Source of the DNA: Eledone cirrhosa
Lineage: Eukaryota
DNA: 64,000 nucleotides
NCBI GenBank assembly: GCA_964016885.1
Contig: OZ024742.1
Span: 317,750,001 to 317,814,000 of the forward strand
Reading direction: 5' to 3'
Shown piece by piece: positions 35,101 through 50,094 of this stretch (position 1 is its first letter; every line of letters starts with the position of its first letter). The notes under the pieces are model-generated. The model did not search any database. It was not told the origin of the DNA and saw only the letters and a list, made by a program, of their open reading frames with translations. The position numbers were made by a program, and so were the translations under genes.

Positions 35101-38100
35101 CTATATTCAGTGTCAATATCCACAGTGTCTATAGCCACAGTGTCTATATCTACTGTGTCAATATTCAGTGTCAATATCCACAGTGTCTATATCCACAGTG
35201 TCTATATCTACTGTGTCAATATTCAGTGTCAATATCCACAGTGTCTATAGCCACAGTGTCTATATCTACTGTGTCAACATCCAGTGTCAATATCCACAGT
35301 GTCTATATCCACAGTGTCAATAGCCACAGTGTCTATATCTACTGTGTCAATATTCAGTGTCAATAGCCACAGTGTCTATATCTACTGTGTCAATATTCAG
35401 TGTCAATAGCCACAGTGTCTATATCTACTGTGTCAATATTCAGTGTCAATATCCACAGTGTCTATAGCCTCAGTGTCTATCTATATCTACTGTGTCACTA
35501 TTCAGCGTCAATATACACAGTGTCTATAGCCACAGTGTCTATATCTACTGTGCAATATTCAGTGTTAATATCCACAGTGTCTATATCCACAGTGTCTATA
35601 TCTACTGTGTCAATATTCAGTGTCAATATCCACAGTGTCTATAGCCTCAGTGTCTATCTATATCTACTGTGTCACTATTCAGCGTCAATATACACAGTGT
35701 CTATAGCCATAGTGTCTATATCTACTGTGTCAATATTCAGTGTTAATATCCACAGTGTCTATAGCCACAGTGTCTATATCTACTGTGTCAATATTCAGTG
35801 TCAATATCCACAGTGTCTATATCTACTGTGTCAATATTCAGTGTCAATATCCACAGAGTCTATAGCCACAGTGTCTATATCTACTGTGTCACTATTCAGT
35901 GTCAATATGCACAGTGTCTATAGCCTCAGTGTCTATCTATATCTACTGTGTCACATTCAGTGTCAATATCCACAGTGTCTATATCTACTGTGTCAATATT
36001 CAGTGTCAATATCCACAGTGTCTATAGCCACTGTGTCTATATCTACTGTGTCAACATCCAGTGTCAATATCCACAGTGTCTATATCCACAGTGTCTATAT
36101 CTACTGTGTCAATATTCAGTGTCAATATCCACAGTGTCAATAGCCACAGTGTCTATATCTACTGTGTCAATATTCAGTGTCAATAGCCACAGTGTCTATA
36201 GCCACAGTGTCTATATCTACTGTGTCAATATTCAGTGTCAATATCCACAGTGTCTATAGCCTCAGTGTCTATCTATATCTACTGTGTCACATTCAGTGTC
36301 AATAGCCACAGTGTCTATATCTACTGTGTCAATATTCAGTGTCAATATCCACAGTGTCTATAGCCACAGTGTCTATATCTACTGTGTCAATATTCAGTGT
36401 CAATTTCCACAGTGTCTATAGCCACAGTGTCTATATCTACTGTGTCAATATTCAGTGTCAATATCCACAGTGCCTATAGCCTCAGTGTGTATCTATATCT
36501 ACTGTGTCAATATTCAGTGTCAATATCCACAGTGTCTATATCTACTGTGTCAATATTCAGTGTCAATATCCACAGTGTGTATAGCCACAGTGTCTATATC
36601 TACTGTGTCAATATTCAGTGTCAATATCCACAGTGTGTATAGCCACAGTGTCTATATCTACTGTGTCAATATTCAGTGTCAATATCCACAGTGTCTATAG
36701 CCACAGTGTCTATATCTACTGTGTCAATATTCAGTGTCAATATCCACAGTGTCTATAGCCACAGTGTCTATAGCCATCGTGTCTATAGCTACAGTGACTA
36801 TAACCACAGTGTCTATAGTTACAGTGTCTATATCCACAGTGTCTATATCCACAGTGTCTATATCCACAGTGTCTATATCCACAGTGTCTATAGTTACAGT
36901 GTCTATATCCACAGAGTCTATATCCACAGTGTCTATATCCACAGTGTCTATATCCACAGTGTCAATATCCACAGTGTCTATAGCCACAGTGTCTATATCT
37001 ACTGTGTCAATATTCAGTGTCAATATCCACAGTGTCTATAGCCATAGTGTCTATATCTACTGTGTCAATATTCAGTGTCAATATCCACAGTGTCTATATC
37101 TACTGTGTCAATATTCACTGTCAATAACCACAGTGTCTATAGCCACAGTGTCTATATCTACTGTGTCAATATTCAGTGTCAATATCCACAGTGTCTATAG
37201 CCATAGTGTCTATATCTACTGTGTCAATATTCAGTGTCAATATCCACAGTGTCTATATCTACTGTGTCAATATTCAGTGTCAATATCCACAGCGTCTATA
37301 GCCACAGAGTCTATATCTACTGTGTCAATATTCAGTGCCAATATCCACAGTGTCTATAGCCACAGTGTCTATATCTACTGTGTCAATATTCAGTGTCAAT
37401 ATTCAGTGTCAATATGCAGAGTGTCTATAGCCACAGTGTCTATATCTACTGTGTCAATATTCAGTGTCAATATCCACGGTGTCTATATCTACTGTGTAAA
37501 TATTCAGTGTCAATATCCACAGTGTCTATATCTACTGTGTCAATATTCAGTGTCAATATCCACAGTGTCTATATCTACTGTGTCAATATTCAGTGTCAAT
37601 ATCCACAGTGTCTATAGCCACAGTGTCTATATCTACTGTGTCAATATTCAGTGTCAATATCCACAGTGTCTATATCTACTGTGTCAATATTCAGTGTCAA
37701 TATCCACAGTGTCTATAGCCACAGTGTCTCTATCTACTGTGTCAATATTCAGTGTCAATATCCACAGTGTCTATAGCCAGTGTCTATATCTACTGTGTTA
37801 ATATTCAGTGTCAATATCGACAGTGTCTATATCTACTGTGTCAATATTCAGCGTCAATATCCACAGTGTCTATAGCCACAGTGTCTATATCTACTGTGTC
37901 AATATTCAGTGTCAATATCCACAGTGTCTATAACCACAGTGTCTATATCTACTGTGTCAATATTCAGTGTCAATATCCACAGTGTCTATAGCCGCAGTGT
38001 CTATATCTACTGTGTCACTATTCAGTGTCAATATCCACAGTGTCTATTGCCACAGTGTCTATATCTACTATGTCAATATTCAGTGTCAATATCCACAGTG

Positions 38101-41100
38101 TCTATAGCCACAGTGTCTATATCTTATGTGTCAATATGCAGTGTCAATATCCACAGTGGCTATAGCCACAGTGTCTATATCTGCTGTGTCTATATTCAGT
38201 GTCAATATCCACAGTGTCTATAGCCACAGTGTCTATATCTACTGTGTCAATATTCAGTGTCAATATCCACAGTGTCTATATCCACAGTGTCTATATCTAC
38301 TGTGTCAATATTCAGTGTCAATATCCACAGTGTCTATAGCCACAGTGTCTATATCTACTGTGTCAACATCCAGTGTCAATATCCACAGTGTCTATATCCA
38401 CAGTGTCAATAGCCACAGTGTCTATATCTACTGTGTCAATATTCAGTGTCAATAGCCACAGTGTCTATATCTACTGTGTCAATATTCAGTGTCAATAGCC
38501 ACAGTGTCTATATCTACTGTGTCAATATTCAGTGTCAATATCCACAGTGTCTATAGCCTCAGTGTCTATCTATATCTACTGTGTCACTATTCAGCGTCAA
38601 TATACACAGTGTCTATAGCCACAGTGTCTATATCTACTGTGCAATATTCAGTGTTAATATCCACAGTGTCTATAGCCACAGTGTCTATATCTACTGTGTC
38701 AATATTCAGTGTCAATATCCACAGTGTCTATAGCCTCAGTGTCTATCTATATCTACTGTGTCACTATTCAGCGTCAATATACACAGTGTCTATAGCCATA
38801 GTGTCTATATCTACTGTGTCAATATTCAGTGTTAATATCCACAGTGTCTATAGCCACAGTGTCTATATCTACTGTGTCAATATTCAGTGTCAATATCCAC
38901 AGTGTCTATATCTACTGTGTCAATATTCAGTGTCAATATCCACAGAGTCTATAGCCACAGTGTCTATATCTACTGTGTCACTATTCAGTGTCAATATGCA
39001 CAGTGTCTATAGCCTCAGTGTCTATCTATATCTACTGTGTCACATTCAGTGTCAATATCCACAGTGTCTATATCTACTGTGTCAATATTCAGTGTCAATA
39101 TCCACAGTGTCTATAGCCACAGTGTCTATATCTACTGTGTCAACATCCAGTGTCAATATCCACAGTGTCTATATCCACAGTGTCTATATCTACTGTGTCA
39201 ATATTCAGTGTCAATATCCACAGTGTCAATAGCCACAGTGTCTATATCTACTGTGTCAATATTCAGTGTCAATAGCCACAGTGTCTATAGCCACAGTGTC
39301 TATATCTACTGTGTCAATATTCAGTGTCAATATCCACAGTGTCTATAGCCTCAGTGTCTATCTATATCTACTGTGTCACATTCAGTGTCAATAGCCACAG
39401 TGTCTATATCTACTGTGTCAATATTCAGTGTCAATATCCACAGTGTCTATAGCCACAGTGTCTATATCTACTGTGTCAATATTCAGTGTCAATTTCCACA
39501 GTGTCTATAGCCACAGTGTCTATATCTACTGTGTCAATATTCAGTGTCAATATCCACAGTGCCTATAGCCTCAGTGTGTATCTATATCTACTGTGTCAAT
39601 ATTCAGTGTCAATATCCACAGTGTCTATATCTACTGTGTCAATATTCAGTGTCAATATCCACAGTGTGTATAGCCACAGTGTCTATATCTACTGTGTCAA
39701 TATTCAGTGTCAATATCCACAGTGTGTATAGCCACAGTGTCTATATCTACTGTGTCAATATTCAGTGTCAATATCCACAGTGTCTATAGCCACAGTGTCT
39801 ATATCTACTGTGTCAATATTCAGTGTCAATATCCACAGTGTCTATAGCCACAGTGTCTATAGCCATCGTGTCTATAGCTACAGTGACTATAACCACAGTG
39901 TCTATAGTTACAGTGTCTATATCCACAGTGTCTATATCCACAGTGTCTATATCCACAGTGTCTATATCCACAGTGTCTATAGTTACAGTGTCTATATCCA
40001 CAGAGTCTATATCCACAGTGTCTATATCCACAGTGTCTATATCCACAGTGTCAATATCCACAGTGTCTATAGCCACAGTGTCTATATCTACTGTGTCAAT
40101 ATTCAGTGTCAATATCCACAGTGTCTATAGCCATAGTGTCTATATCTACTGTGTCAATATTCAGTGTCAATATCCACAGTGTCTATATCTACTGTGTCAA
40201 TATTCACTGTCAATAACCACAGTGTCTATAGCCACAGTGTCTATATCTACTGTGTCAATATTCAGTGTCAATATCCACAGTGTCTATAGCCATAGTGTCT
40301 ATATCTACTGTGTCAATATTCAGTGTCAATATCCACAGTGTCTATATCTACTGTGTCAATATTCAGTGTCAATATCCACAGCGTCTATAGCCACAGAGTC
40401 TATATCTACTGTGTCAATATTCAGTGCCAATATCCACAGTGTCTATAGCCACAGTGTCTATATCTACTGTGTCAATATTCAGTGTCAATATTCAGTGTCA
40501 ATATGCAGAGTGTCTATAGCCACAGTGTCTATATCTACTGTGTCAATATTCAGTGTCAATATCCACAGTGTCTATATCTACTGTGTAAATATTCAGTGTC
40601 AATATCCACAGTGTCTATATCTACTGTGTCAATATTCAGTGTCAATATCCACAGTGTCTATATCTACTGTGTCAATATTCAGTGTCAATATCCACAGTGT
40701 CTATAGCCACAGTGTCTATATCTACTGTGTCAATATTCAGTGTCAATATCCACAGTGTCTATATCTACTGTGTCAATATTCAGTGTCAATATCCACAGTG
40801 TCTATAGCCACAGTGTCTCTATCTACTGTGTCAATATTCAGTGTCAATATCCACAGTGTCTATAGCCAGTGTCTATATCTACTGTGTTAATATTCAGTGT
40901 CAATATCGACAGTGTCTATATCTACTGTGTCAATATTCAGCGTCAATATCCACAGTGTCTATAGCCACAGTGTCTATATCTACTGTGTCAATATTCAGTG
41001 TCAATATCCACAGTGTCTATAACCACAGTGTCTATATCTACTGTGTCAATATTCAGTGTCAATATCCACAGTGTCTATAGCCGCAGTGTCTATATCTACT

Positions 41101-43480
41101 GTGTCACTATTCAGTGTCAATATCCACAGTGTCTATTGCCACAGTGTCTATATCTACTATGTCAATATTCAGTGTCAATATCCACAGTGTCTATAGCCAC
41201 AGTGTCTATATCTTATGTGTCAATATGCAGTGTCAATATCCACAGTGGCTATAGCCACAGTGTCTATATCTGCTGTGTCTATATTCAGTGTCAATATCCA
41301 CAGTGTCTATAGCCACAGTGTCTATATCTACTGTGTCAATATTCAGTGTCAATATCCACAGTGTCTATATCCACAGTGTCTATATCTACTGTGTCAATAT
41401 TCAGTGTCAATATCCACAGTGTCTATAGCCACAGTGTCTATATCTACTGTGTCAACATCCAGTGTCAATATCCACAGTGTCTATATCCACAGTGTCAATA
41501 GCCACAGTGTCTATATCTACTGTGTCAATATTCAGTGTCAATAGCCACAGTGTCTATATCTACTGTGTCAATATTCAGTGTCAATAGCCACAGTGTCTAT
41601 ATCTACTGTGTCAATATTCAGTGTCAATATCCACAGTGTCTATAGCCTCAGTGTCTATCTATATCTACTGTGTCACTATTCAGCGTCAATATACACAGTG
41701 TCTATAGCCACAGTGTCTATATCTACTGTGCAATATTCAGTGTTAATATCCACAGTGTCTATAGCCACAGTGTCTATATCTACTGTGTCAATATTCAGTG
41801 TCAATATCCACAGTGTCTATAGCCTCAGTGTCTATCTATATCTACTGTGTCACTATTCAGCGTCAATATACACAGTGTCTATAGCCATAGTGTCTATATC
41901 TACTGTGTCAATATTCAGTGTTAATATCCACAGTGTCTATAGCCACAGTGTCTATATCTACTGTGTCAATATTCAGTGTCAATATCCACAGTGTCTATAT
42001 CTACTGTGTCAATATTCAGTGTCAATATCCACAGAGTCTATAGCCACAGTGTCTATATCTACTGTGTCACTATTCAGTGTCAATATGCACAGTGTCTATA
42101 GCCTCAGTGTCTATCTATATCTACTGTGTCACATTCAGTGTCAATATCCACAGTGTCTATATCTACTGTGTCAATATTCAGTGTCAATATCCACAGTGTC
42201 TATAGCCACAGTGTCTATATCTACTGTGTCAACATCCAGTGTCAATATCCACAGTGTCTATATCCACAGTGTCTATATCTACTGTGTCAATATTCAGTGT
42301 CAATATCCACAGTGTCAATAGCCACAGTGTCTATATCTACTGTGTCAATATTCAGTGTCAATAGCCACAGTGTCTATAGCCACAGTGTCTATATCTACTG
42401 TGTCAATATTCAGTGTCAATATCCACAGTGTCTATAGCCTCAGTGTCTATCTATATCTACTGTGTCACATTCAGTGTCAATAGCCACAGTGTCTATATCT
42501 ACTGTGTCAATATTCAGTGTCAATATCCACAGTGTCTATAGCCACAGTGTCTATATCTACTGTGTCAATATTCAGTGTCAATTTCCACAGTGTCTATAGC
42601 CACAGTGTCTATATCTACTGTGTCAATATTCAGTGTCAATATCCACAGTGCCTATAGCCTCAGTGTGTATCTATATCTACTGTGTCAATATTCAGTGTCA
42701 ATATCCACAGTGTCTATATCTACTGTGTCAATATTCAGTGTCAATATCCACAGTGTGTATAGCCACAGTGTCTATATCTACTGTGTCAATATTCAGTGTC
42801 AATATCCACAGTGTGTATAGCCACAGTGTCTATATCTACTGTGTCAATATTCAGTGTCAATATCCACAGTGTCTATAGCCACAGTGTCTATATCTACTGT
42901 GTCAATATTCAGTGTCAATATCCACAGTGTCTATAGCCACAGTGTCTATAGCCATCGTGTCTATAGCTACAGTGACTATAACCACAGTGTCTATAGTTAC
43001 AGTGTCTATATCCACAGTGTCTATATCCACAGTGTCTATATCCACAGTGTCTATATCCACAGTGTCTATAGTTACAGTGTCTATATCCACAGTGTCTATA
43101 TCCACAGTGTCTATATCCACAGTGTCTATATCCACAGTGTCTATATCCACAGTGTCTATATCCACAGTGTCTATAGCCACAGTGTCTATAGCCATCGTAT
43201 CTATAGCTACAGTGACTATAACCACAGTGTCTATAATTACAGTGTCTATATCCACAGTGTCTATATCCACAGTGTCTATATCCACAGTGTCTATATCCAC
43301 AGTGTCTATATCCACAGTGTCTATAGTTACAGTGTCTATATCCACAGTGTCTATATCCACAGTGTCTATATCCACAGTGTCTATATCCACAGTGTCTATA
43401 TCCACAGTGTCTATATCCACAGTGTCTATAGCTACAGTGTCTATATCCACAGTGTCTATAGTCTCAGTGTCTATAACTGC
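23125..43480 (+). repeat. ~20.3-kb satellite array; 58-bp unit (GTGTCAATATTCA GTGTCAATATCCACA GTGTCTATAGCCACA GTGTCTATATCTACT) with 43-bp variants and 2920/3089-bp higher-order repeats
   Basis: Direct reading. Identical or near-identical ORF-track translations recur at offsets of 2920 (29070/31990, 30052/32972, 31152/34072) and 3089 (34820/37909/40998, 35400/38489/41578). Confidence 0.97.
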
Positions 43481-43574
43481 AGAAGTAAGTATTTATAAAA
43501 TCACGTTTAAGTTCTGGTTACTCTATGATCCTGTCAAACAGCAATTGAGATGCGCTGAAAGCATCAGTCAATTT

Positions 43575-43860
43575 TATAGAGCTGTTCTCTTGGATAGCTA
43601 TCTCTGTGGAGCGTGTTTCCTCCGCTATGGGTTCGGCGATAAATCTGTTGGAGGAGAGCGGCAAGTTCATTGTCAACTTGCGATCTTCAGCCCGTCGTGT
43701 ACGGAGCCTGGATCCGATGTTGATTTCACCAGGTTGCTGCTGGAAAAAGTATCACTGCAGGTCGTATCCCAGATAAGGGGCTTACTACCGCGAAACAGAA
43801 AGAATGTGATGCCGTTTGGTTTTTCGTCGTCCCCTCGGCATGGTCTCGTCAGTTTCAGCT
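43575..43860 (-). mobile_element. CRE-clade non-LTR retrotransposon RLE-domain fragment
   Basis: RGDDEKPNGITFFLFRGSKPLIWDTTCSDTF..SNL...DPGS, then NRFIAEPIAEET, matches the recalled CRE pattern RGDGKRPDG.T..PW..GK.L.WD.TC.DT...F.F.PIA.ET. Confidence 0.75.
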
Positions 43861-44409
43861 GTGATGAGAAAATCAGTAAATAAAGTACAAAACACAATGT
43901 ATTACTATATATCTTCAGGCTCTTCTGAGTTCTTTGATAGTAGACTTAATCTGTAATCCAGTTGAACACCTACCGCCAACTTGTCAATGAGTGTCCTTTG
44001 TGTATTTCAAACTATTGTAAGCATTGCAGCCAGGACTCTGGTTTGGGCAAATTGTAACGGTAGCTATCTAGTATATACGTTTTCAAACACTATCACAAAC
44101 ATTCACTACCACTATCACTACAACCATTTGTCAACACATCAAATACTCACTATTGCCAACACAACTTACGGTGAATGAATCAGAAAGCATCTATGATCTT
44201 TGACCTGCTAATAATAGTAGCCAAATAGGCAAATCTTTCCTCAAAACACATATACAAGATGAAGAATATATTCAGTAATGGGGCATTGGATGCATGCTAT
44301 CTAAAAACTGTAAAGGGATCCGATAGTGACAGTTTGATGTTCCAATGGCTTCATCATGTCTCCGCCTAAATACACTATACGTGTGGTTATTTATTAACAT
44401 CATAATATG

Positions 44410-44512
44410 GTGTGGACCCGTAACTCCTGAAGGAATCGTAGGGACGCCATATTGACGTACGCCGTTTCTTGGACATTTTAAAACCTGACGGAGCCCATCT
44501 CCTCTCCGGGTC
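44410..44512 (+). repeat. Dispersed repeat, copy 2 (see 7195-7297)
   Basis: Sequence similarity by eye. Confidence 0.75.
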
Positions 44513-45038
44513 ATATAGCAGTATAATTGCGTTATGATGCCACTCAGGATTCATTTACTGAAATTCTAAACACTTCCCTATTCAATTCTAAAATCGTCAC
44601 AAACGGTTAGACTATGTTTCGCTAATGGCGTTCAATAATACCGAAACATGTCAGGAGTTGTCATTGTAATGGAAACAATTAGGTTCATCGCTCTACTTCT
44701 TAATTTAATTAAGTTTAATTCAGGGTTTTTTTATTTATTTTTAACAGAATTAGTGAATCAGAAAATTATTGTTCTCGTCATTAATGATTTCAATATTAAT
44801 TAATTAAGAGTGCTAGGCGTACTACATCAAGTATGTTAGTGCCCACTTTATTAATTAGTTAAATATATTAAAGTGATTGTATACGCTTAAAACGTTCTTG
44901 GTGTGTATAACTCAGTGGAAAGGCACGTGACTAGACTAACCAATCCGTCATCAGCAGGAGTTCTTTTATATTGCACTATTAAATTCAAATGGTTGTATTC
45001 CCTCTGTCATGCGCCCACTATTTGTCTTAACTTCATTA

Positions 45039-45075
<37 letters not shown>

Positions 45076-45241
45076 GTCTGTGTGTCTCTCCATATCTCTC
45101 TCTCTTTCTGTCTATCTCTTCTTGTGTCTCTATCTCTCTCTATCTCTTCTCTCTCTCTTTCTGTCTCTCTCTTCTTGTCTCTCCATATCTCTCTCTTTCT
45201 CTCTCTTTCGCTCTCTTTCTCTCTCTCTTCTTGTCTCTCCA

Positions 45242-45296
<55 letters not shown>

Positions 45297-45341
45297 CTCT
45301 CTCTTTGTATATCTATATCTAACTCTCTTTTTGTCTCTCCA

Positions 45342-45372
<31 letters not shown>

Positions 45373-45785
45373 CAACCTCGCTCCCTCTCTCTCCCTCTCT
45401 CTCCCTCTCTCTCGCTCTCTCTCTCTACCACTTCCCCAAATGTCCCCTCTTCTGTAAGTATCTGTGCTTTTGTTAGCGTTTATGTTCGTTTTCATTGTCT
45501 TCATTCTGATCTGTTCTGATCTGTGTGTAGGGAAATTCGTAATTTGGGGAGAGAGAGACGAATTGATAGAGAAATAGACAGATAGAAAGACAGTAATAAA
45601 GAGAAAGTTTAAGACAGAGACAGAGAATGAAGGAGAAGGAGAAGGAGAAAAATAACGAACATTTTGGAACACACTTGTATGTGCCGCGAGTTTTTAGCTA
45701 ACTCCGAATGTCTAAACCGCCCCAATGTATGTCTATTCTTTTGCGACTTAGTGCAATCTGTGTACCAATCACACACACACACACA

Positions 45786-45831
<46 letters not shown>

Positions 45832-45905
45832 AATACACACACAATAATACACACACGCACAAACACGCCTAAACGCACACACTCATACACACATATACAT
45901 ATATA

Positions 45906-46006
45906 CAGGGTGTCCCAAAAAAATGCATACACACTTTGATTCCTTGTACAATCAATATTTATTAGAATGATGTTGAAGTGTGTATACATATTTTGGGGAC
46001 ACCCTG
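45906..46006. mobile_element. 101-bp Tc1/mariner-type MITE with TA target-site duplication
   Basis: ta|CAGGGTGTCCCAAAAAAATGCATACACACTT...AAGTGTGTATACATATTTTGGGGACACCCTG|ta. Confidence 0.85.
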
Positions 46007-46336
46007 TATATACTCTTCAGACTCTTCATTCTTCCTCTTGTACCGTTACTACAGTTGTCTCTCTACTCTGATACTCTTCCTTATCTCTCCTATTCTCATC
46101 ATCTATGTTGTGTCCACCATCCCACCTCCACTGCACACACGAACCACTGCCAACAATCTTTCCAGCCCAAAACGTCGGCCATTTTGAACACATTCCATGT
46201 TCGTGTATTTCCCAAAGAGGGATGGGTGGGTAAAGGCCATGAGACTTGTTCATTCCTCTAGACCTAATATGTATATAAATAAACATCTTTCGACATCACA
46301 TTGTTACAATACAGCCTCGACCATTTAACATATATA

Positions 46337-46677
46337 CAGTGTACTCCTACATTCGCGGTCCCGATTATTCGCGGGATTTTCCTTAGAACCTAACTAATAA
46401 TTGTTCGTGGAAACCACCGCATATTTGCGGAATCGCAAATATCTTCCAGGATATTTTTATAGCTTTTTTCGTGGGAATATATATATTTTTAACGCTAAAT
46501 TATTAATAACAATATACTGTATTTATCGGCCTATTGGACGCCTCTTTTTTTATATTTTACGTTATATTTTGACGTTTATGGGTATAAAAATGGACCACGT
46601 CCAATATTCGCGTTTTTTCTCTCGGTATTCGCAGGTGCTCTAGAAATGTAACCCCCGCGAGTACCGAGGCACAACTG
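46337..46677. mobile_element. pogo/Tigger-like MITE with TA target-site duplication
   Basis: ta|CAGTGTACTCCTACATTCGCGG...CCGCGAGTACCGAGGCACAACTG|ta, with internal ATTCGCG repeats. Confidence 0.65.
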
Positions 46678-47201
46678 TATTTTAAAATCCAGCATCGAAT
46701 TTATGATAAACGCTTTTGTTCATACATTCATTTGACCTTGGGTTACACAACAACAACAATCTGATTGGTCTTCCGTCGGTTTCGACGATGAGCATTCAGT
46801 TTTTCAATTAATTGAAGGGCCGACTCATGACTGAATGTGTAAGTGGTCGAGTATTCCGCAGATATGCAATAATTAATACGTTTAACGTAATTCCCAAGCA
46901 AAAGCAGCGTAGCACATTATGTGACGAAGATGGTCATTTTTAATTGCAGATACTTCTTAAATACTGAGCTATAACTATGTCGCCCGTCTACTACTACTGA
47001 TACTACTACTACAGCTGCTGCTGCTGCTGCTACTACTACTACTACTGCTACCAATATATGACTGATATAACCATGCGTCCATTCAATATTAATGATAGTT
47101 CTATCTACAACCATTATTTTGATATACTATAATGTTGCTACTACATCTTCCACCAAGCAGTCTCACCATCAACGCCACCATTCTACTACTACTACTACTA
47201 C

Positions 47202-47235
<34 letters not shown>

Positions 47236-47622
47236 TCATACATATTATAGGCTGTGTAGATATTTGTAATAAAGGCAGATGTTTTTGGTCAAAACTATTG
47301 TCTCCAGAGGAACATTTAGAGATGTTGGTAATGTGTAAAATACGTGGATATATGTGTGTGTGTGTGTGACTGTGCGTTTGTGTGCATATGTGTATATATA
47401 TATGTGTGTGTGTTTGTGTGTCTGTGTGTTTGTGTGCATGTGTTTGTGTGCATGTGTTTATTAATGTGGAGTCACATGTTCTTTCTAAATGAAGATATGT
47501 AGTAAGTGAGAAATAATGGGTGCATTTCGAAATATCTACATAGGCGGAAAGTATACGCACACATACATACATATGTGCATACATACATATATGCATGCTT
47601 ACAAACTCCCACACTCACACAT

Positions 47623-47686
<64 letters not shown>

Positions 47687-47889
47687 CATATATATGCATA
47701 TATGTATCGTGGAAAATAAAGAAAAATATAAATATATTAGTGTTTTGTTTCATTACAAAACTATTTTCTTCGGCAACGAGACTACCCATATATTTATTGC
47801 ATATAAACGTATTATATATAATTGTTTTTATATACTCATCTATTATGCTAAACACTGTCTTAGTGCTACCGCCAATGATATGTAAACAT

Positions 47890-48476
<587 letters not shown>

Positions 48477-49087
48477 CACTCAATTATGCAACATCGAAAA
48501 ACTGGTAATGATGATAAAATACAGATTCGAAAAGGTCAGAAGCGTTTAGGTTGTAAGCAGCGTTGCGGATTCAGTCGATACTGCCAATAGGTTTTCCTAC
48601 CATGTACACTAGAACATTCTGGTTTGGCCTTCAGCAATCACAGGAAACTACTCTTTGAAAAACAAGAGTATTCTGACTCTGTTAGTTATGCAAAATTCCG
48701 AAGAATCTCTGCATGAACCATCTCCAAAAGAAATTGTCTTCAGTGGCGGCAGAGAGATCGTATATTGGACCATCTGTTGGGTGATATTGCCAGCAGCTTC
48801 AGAATAAATAATTTTTCTGGAAGGAATAATCGACAATTTCCATTCCAATCTTGTTAGAGTATTGGGTGACTGTTCATATTAATTCAGGCTATGGGGATAT
48901 ACGAAGTTTCGTGGTCACTTAGATTCCAAATAATTTGGGATAGTATTTAGTAACAACATGGAAATAATTGAGTATTACGTAAATATATGTTTGTGTGTAT
49001 GTATGTATATGTGTGTGTGTGTGTGTGTGAGTGTGGGTAAGTGTGTATCTGTATGAGACGTATATGTGTGTGTCCGCGTGTGGCCGC

Positions 49088-49254
49088 TCTTTGATAGGTT
49101 TGTGGTTGAGCTTGTGGCAATGGAGACGTCCAGCGTTCTTGGGCCCCAGACCACACCCCTACTCACTGCTATCGGAGTGGAGTTGGTTACGCGTAAGTGT
49201 GAGCCCCGTAAGGTAGAGTGGCTGTTCCAGTGCGTCTCCCTCACCAACCTCTAA
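49088..49254 (+). mobile_element. CRE-clade RLE-domain 3' fragment
   Basis: DRFVVELVAMETSSVLGPQTTPLLTAIGVELVTRKCEPRKVEWLFQCVSL matches the recalled F.F.P.A.ET.G..GP....L..IG.......EPRE..WLFQRISL. Confidence 0.75.
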
Positions 49255-49836
49255 AAAACCGTCATCTCCATCCTGTCGCCGGGACAACACAGAACGCAGC
49301 ACTCAACCCAGTCCAAAAGTCGAACCCATGACATTATGATTATTGGTTTAACATCATTACCATTAGGCCACGCATCTCTACTGGGATCGATATAATCGAA
49401 TTTCCCCTCCCAACAAATTGCAGACTTTTGTGTAAATTATTAAAAGCTTCAGTAAAATTTAACGAAGTATATAGAAGTATTAGTAGACCTATATAAATAA
49501 CTAATGATTTACACTTAAAACTATTGGAATGCTTTCAGTTAGAATAAGTGTTGTCCTATAAACTACTACCAGGGAAAGTTCGAATCTATTAAATGGACAG
49601 GTGGTTTTATTTAGACAGTTGCAGGCGTGTGCTCAGGCTGAAGTTTGTATAAATCTGTGGTTTTTTGTATTGTTTTGGTTTTGTTTTTTCTGTTGTAGTT
49701 TATGATGTTCGAAACGATATTTTCTATGTAAGATTAATTCACTTGTGCCCATTAAAAATGTTCATTGTATTTCTGCGTTCTTCGGAAGTGTTGTCTTATT
49801 AAGAATAAAAAGAGGACTGAATCTTACGCTCGTTTA

Positions 49837-50094
49837 CTGTTGGTCTCCTGTACCTGTCCGACGGAGAGATCTCCCACCCACTTTAGGGTAGATGAGAGAT
49901 GCTGTTGGTCTCCTGTACCTGTCCGACGGAGAGATCTCCCACCCACTTTAGGGTAGATGAGAGATGTCTTCTCATGTGAAAAGGGGTATAGCTTTCATTA
50001 TGTAAAATCTCCCCTTTCTGCCTCATTTCTTCCCGTTTTTGAGCATTTTTTTCATGGTACTCCTCATTTGGGTTTTTAGAGGTTGGCAGGTCTG
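49837..50094 (+). mobile_element. Copy of the 194-bp MITE lacking its left TIR, with an exact 65-bp tandem duplication (49837-49901 / 49902-49966)
   Basis: Ends GAGGTTGGCAGGTCTG; internal sequence matches 14574-14767. Confidence 0.8.

Noticed and set aside
23125-43480. CRISPR-like regular repeat array
   Set aside because: There are no unique spacers and no cas genes, and the context is eukaryotic; it is a tandem satellite.
23068-43883. Dozens of VSIST/VYIHS/CQYPQ and DTVDI repeat ORFs; also an acceptor-like TCTCTGCGTAG before the array and GTAAGT after it, suggesting a giant exon
   Set aside because: The 13-bp subunits shift the frame in every unit and TAG stops recur, so no continuous frame exists. 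The splice-like motifs are short enough to occur by chance.
47240-47800. Two minus-strand segments with CTGGAGA/CCGAAGA..AATAGTTTTG..(G)AAA resembling hammerheads
   Set aside because: The core boxes are mutated and stems I and III cannot be drawn.
48560-48940. Possible degraded RT fragment on the minus strand (GDGSCRDSSEFCITNRVR)
   Set aside because: Only a weak resemblance to the RT motif preceding GVRQG; it cannot be supported without BLASTx.
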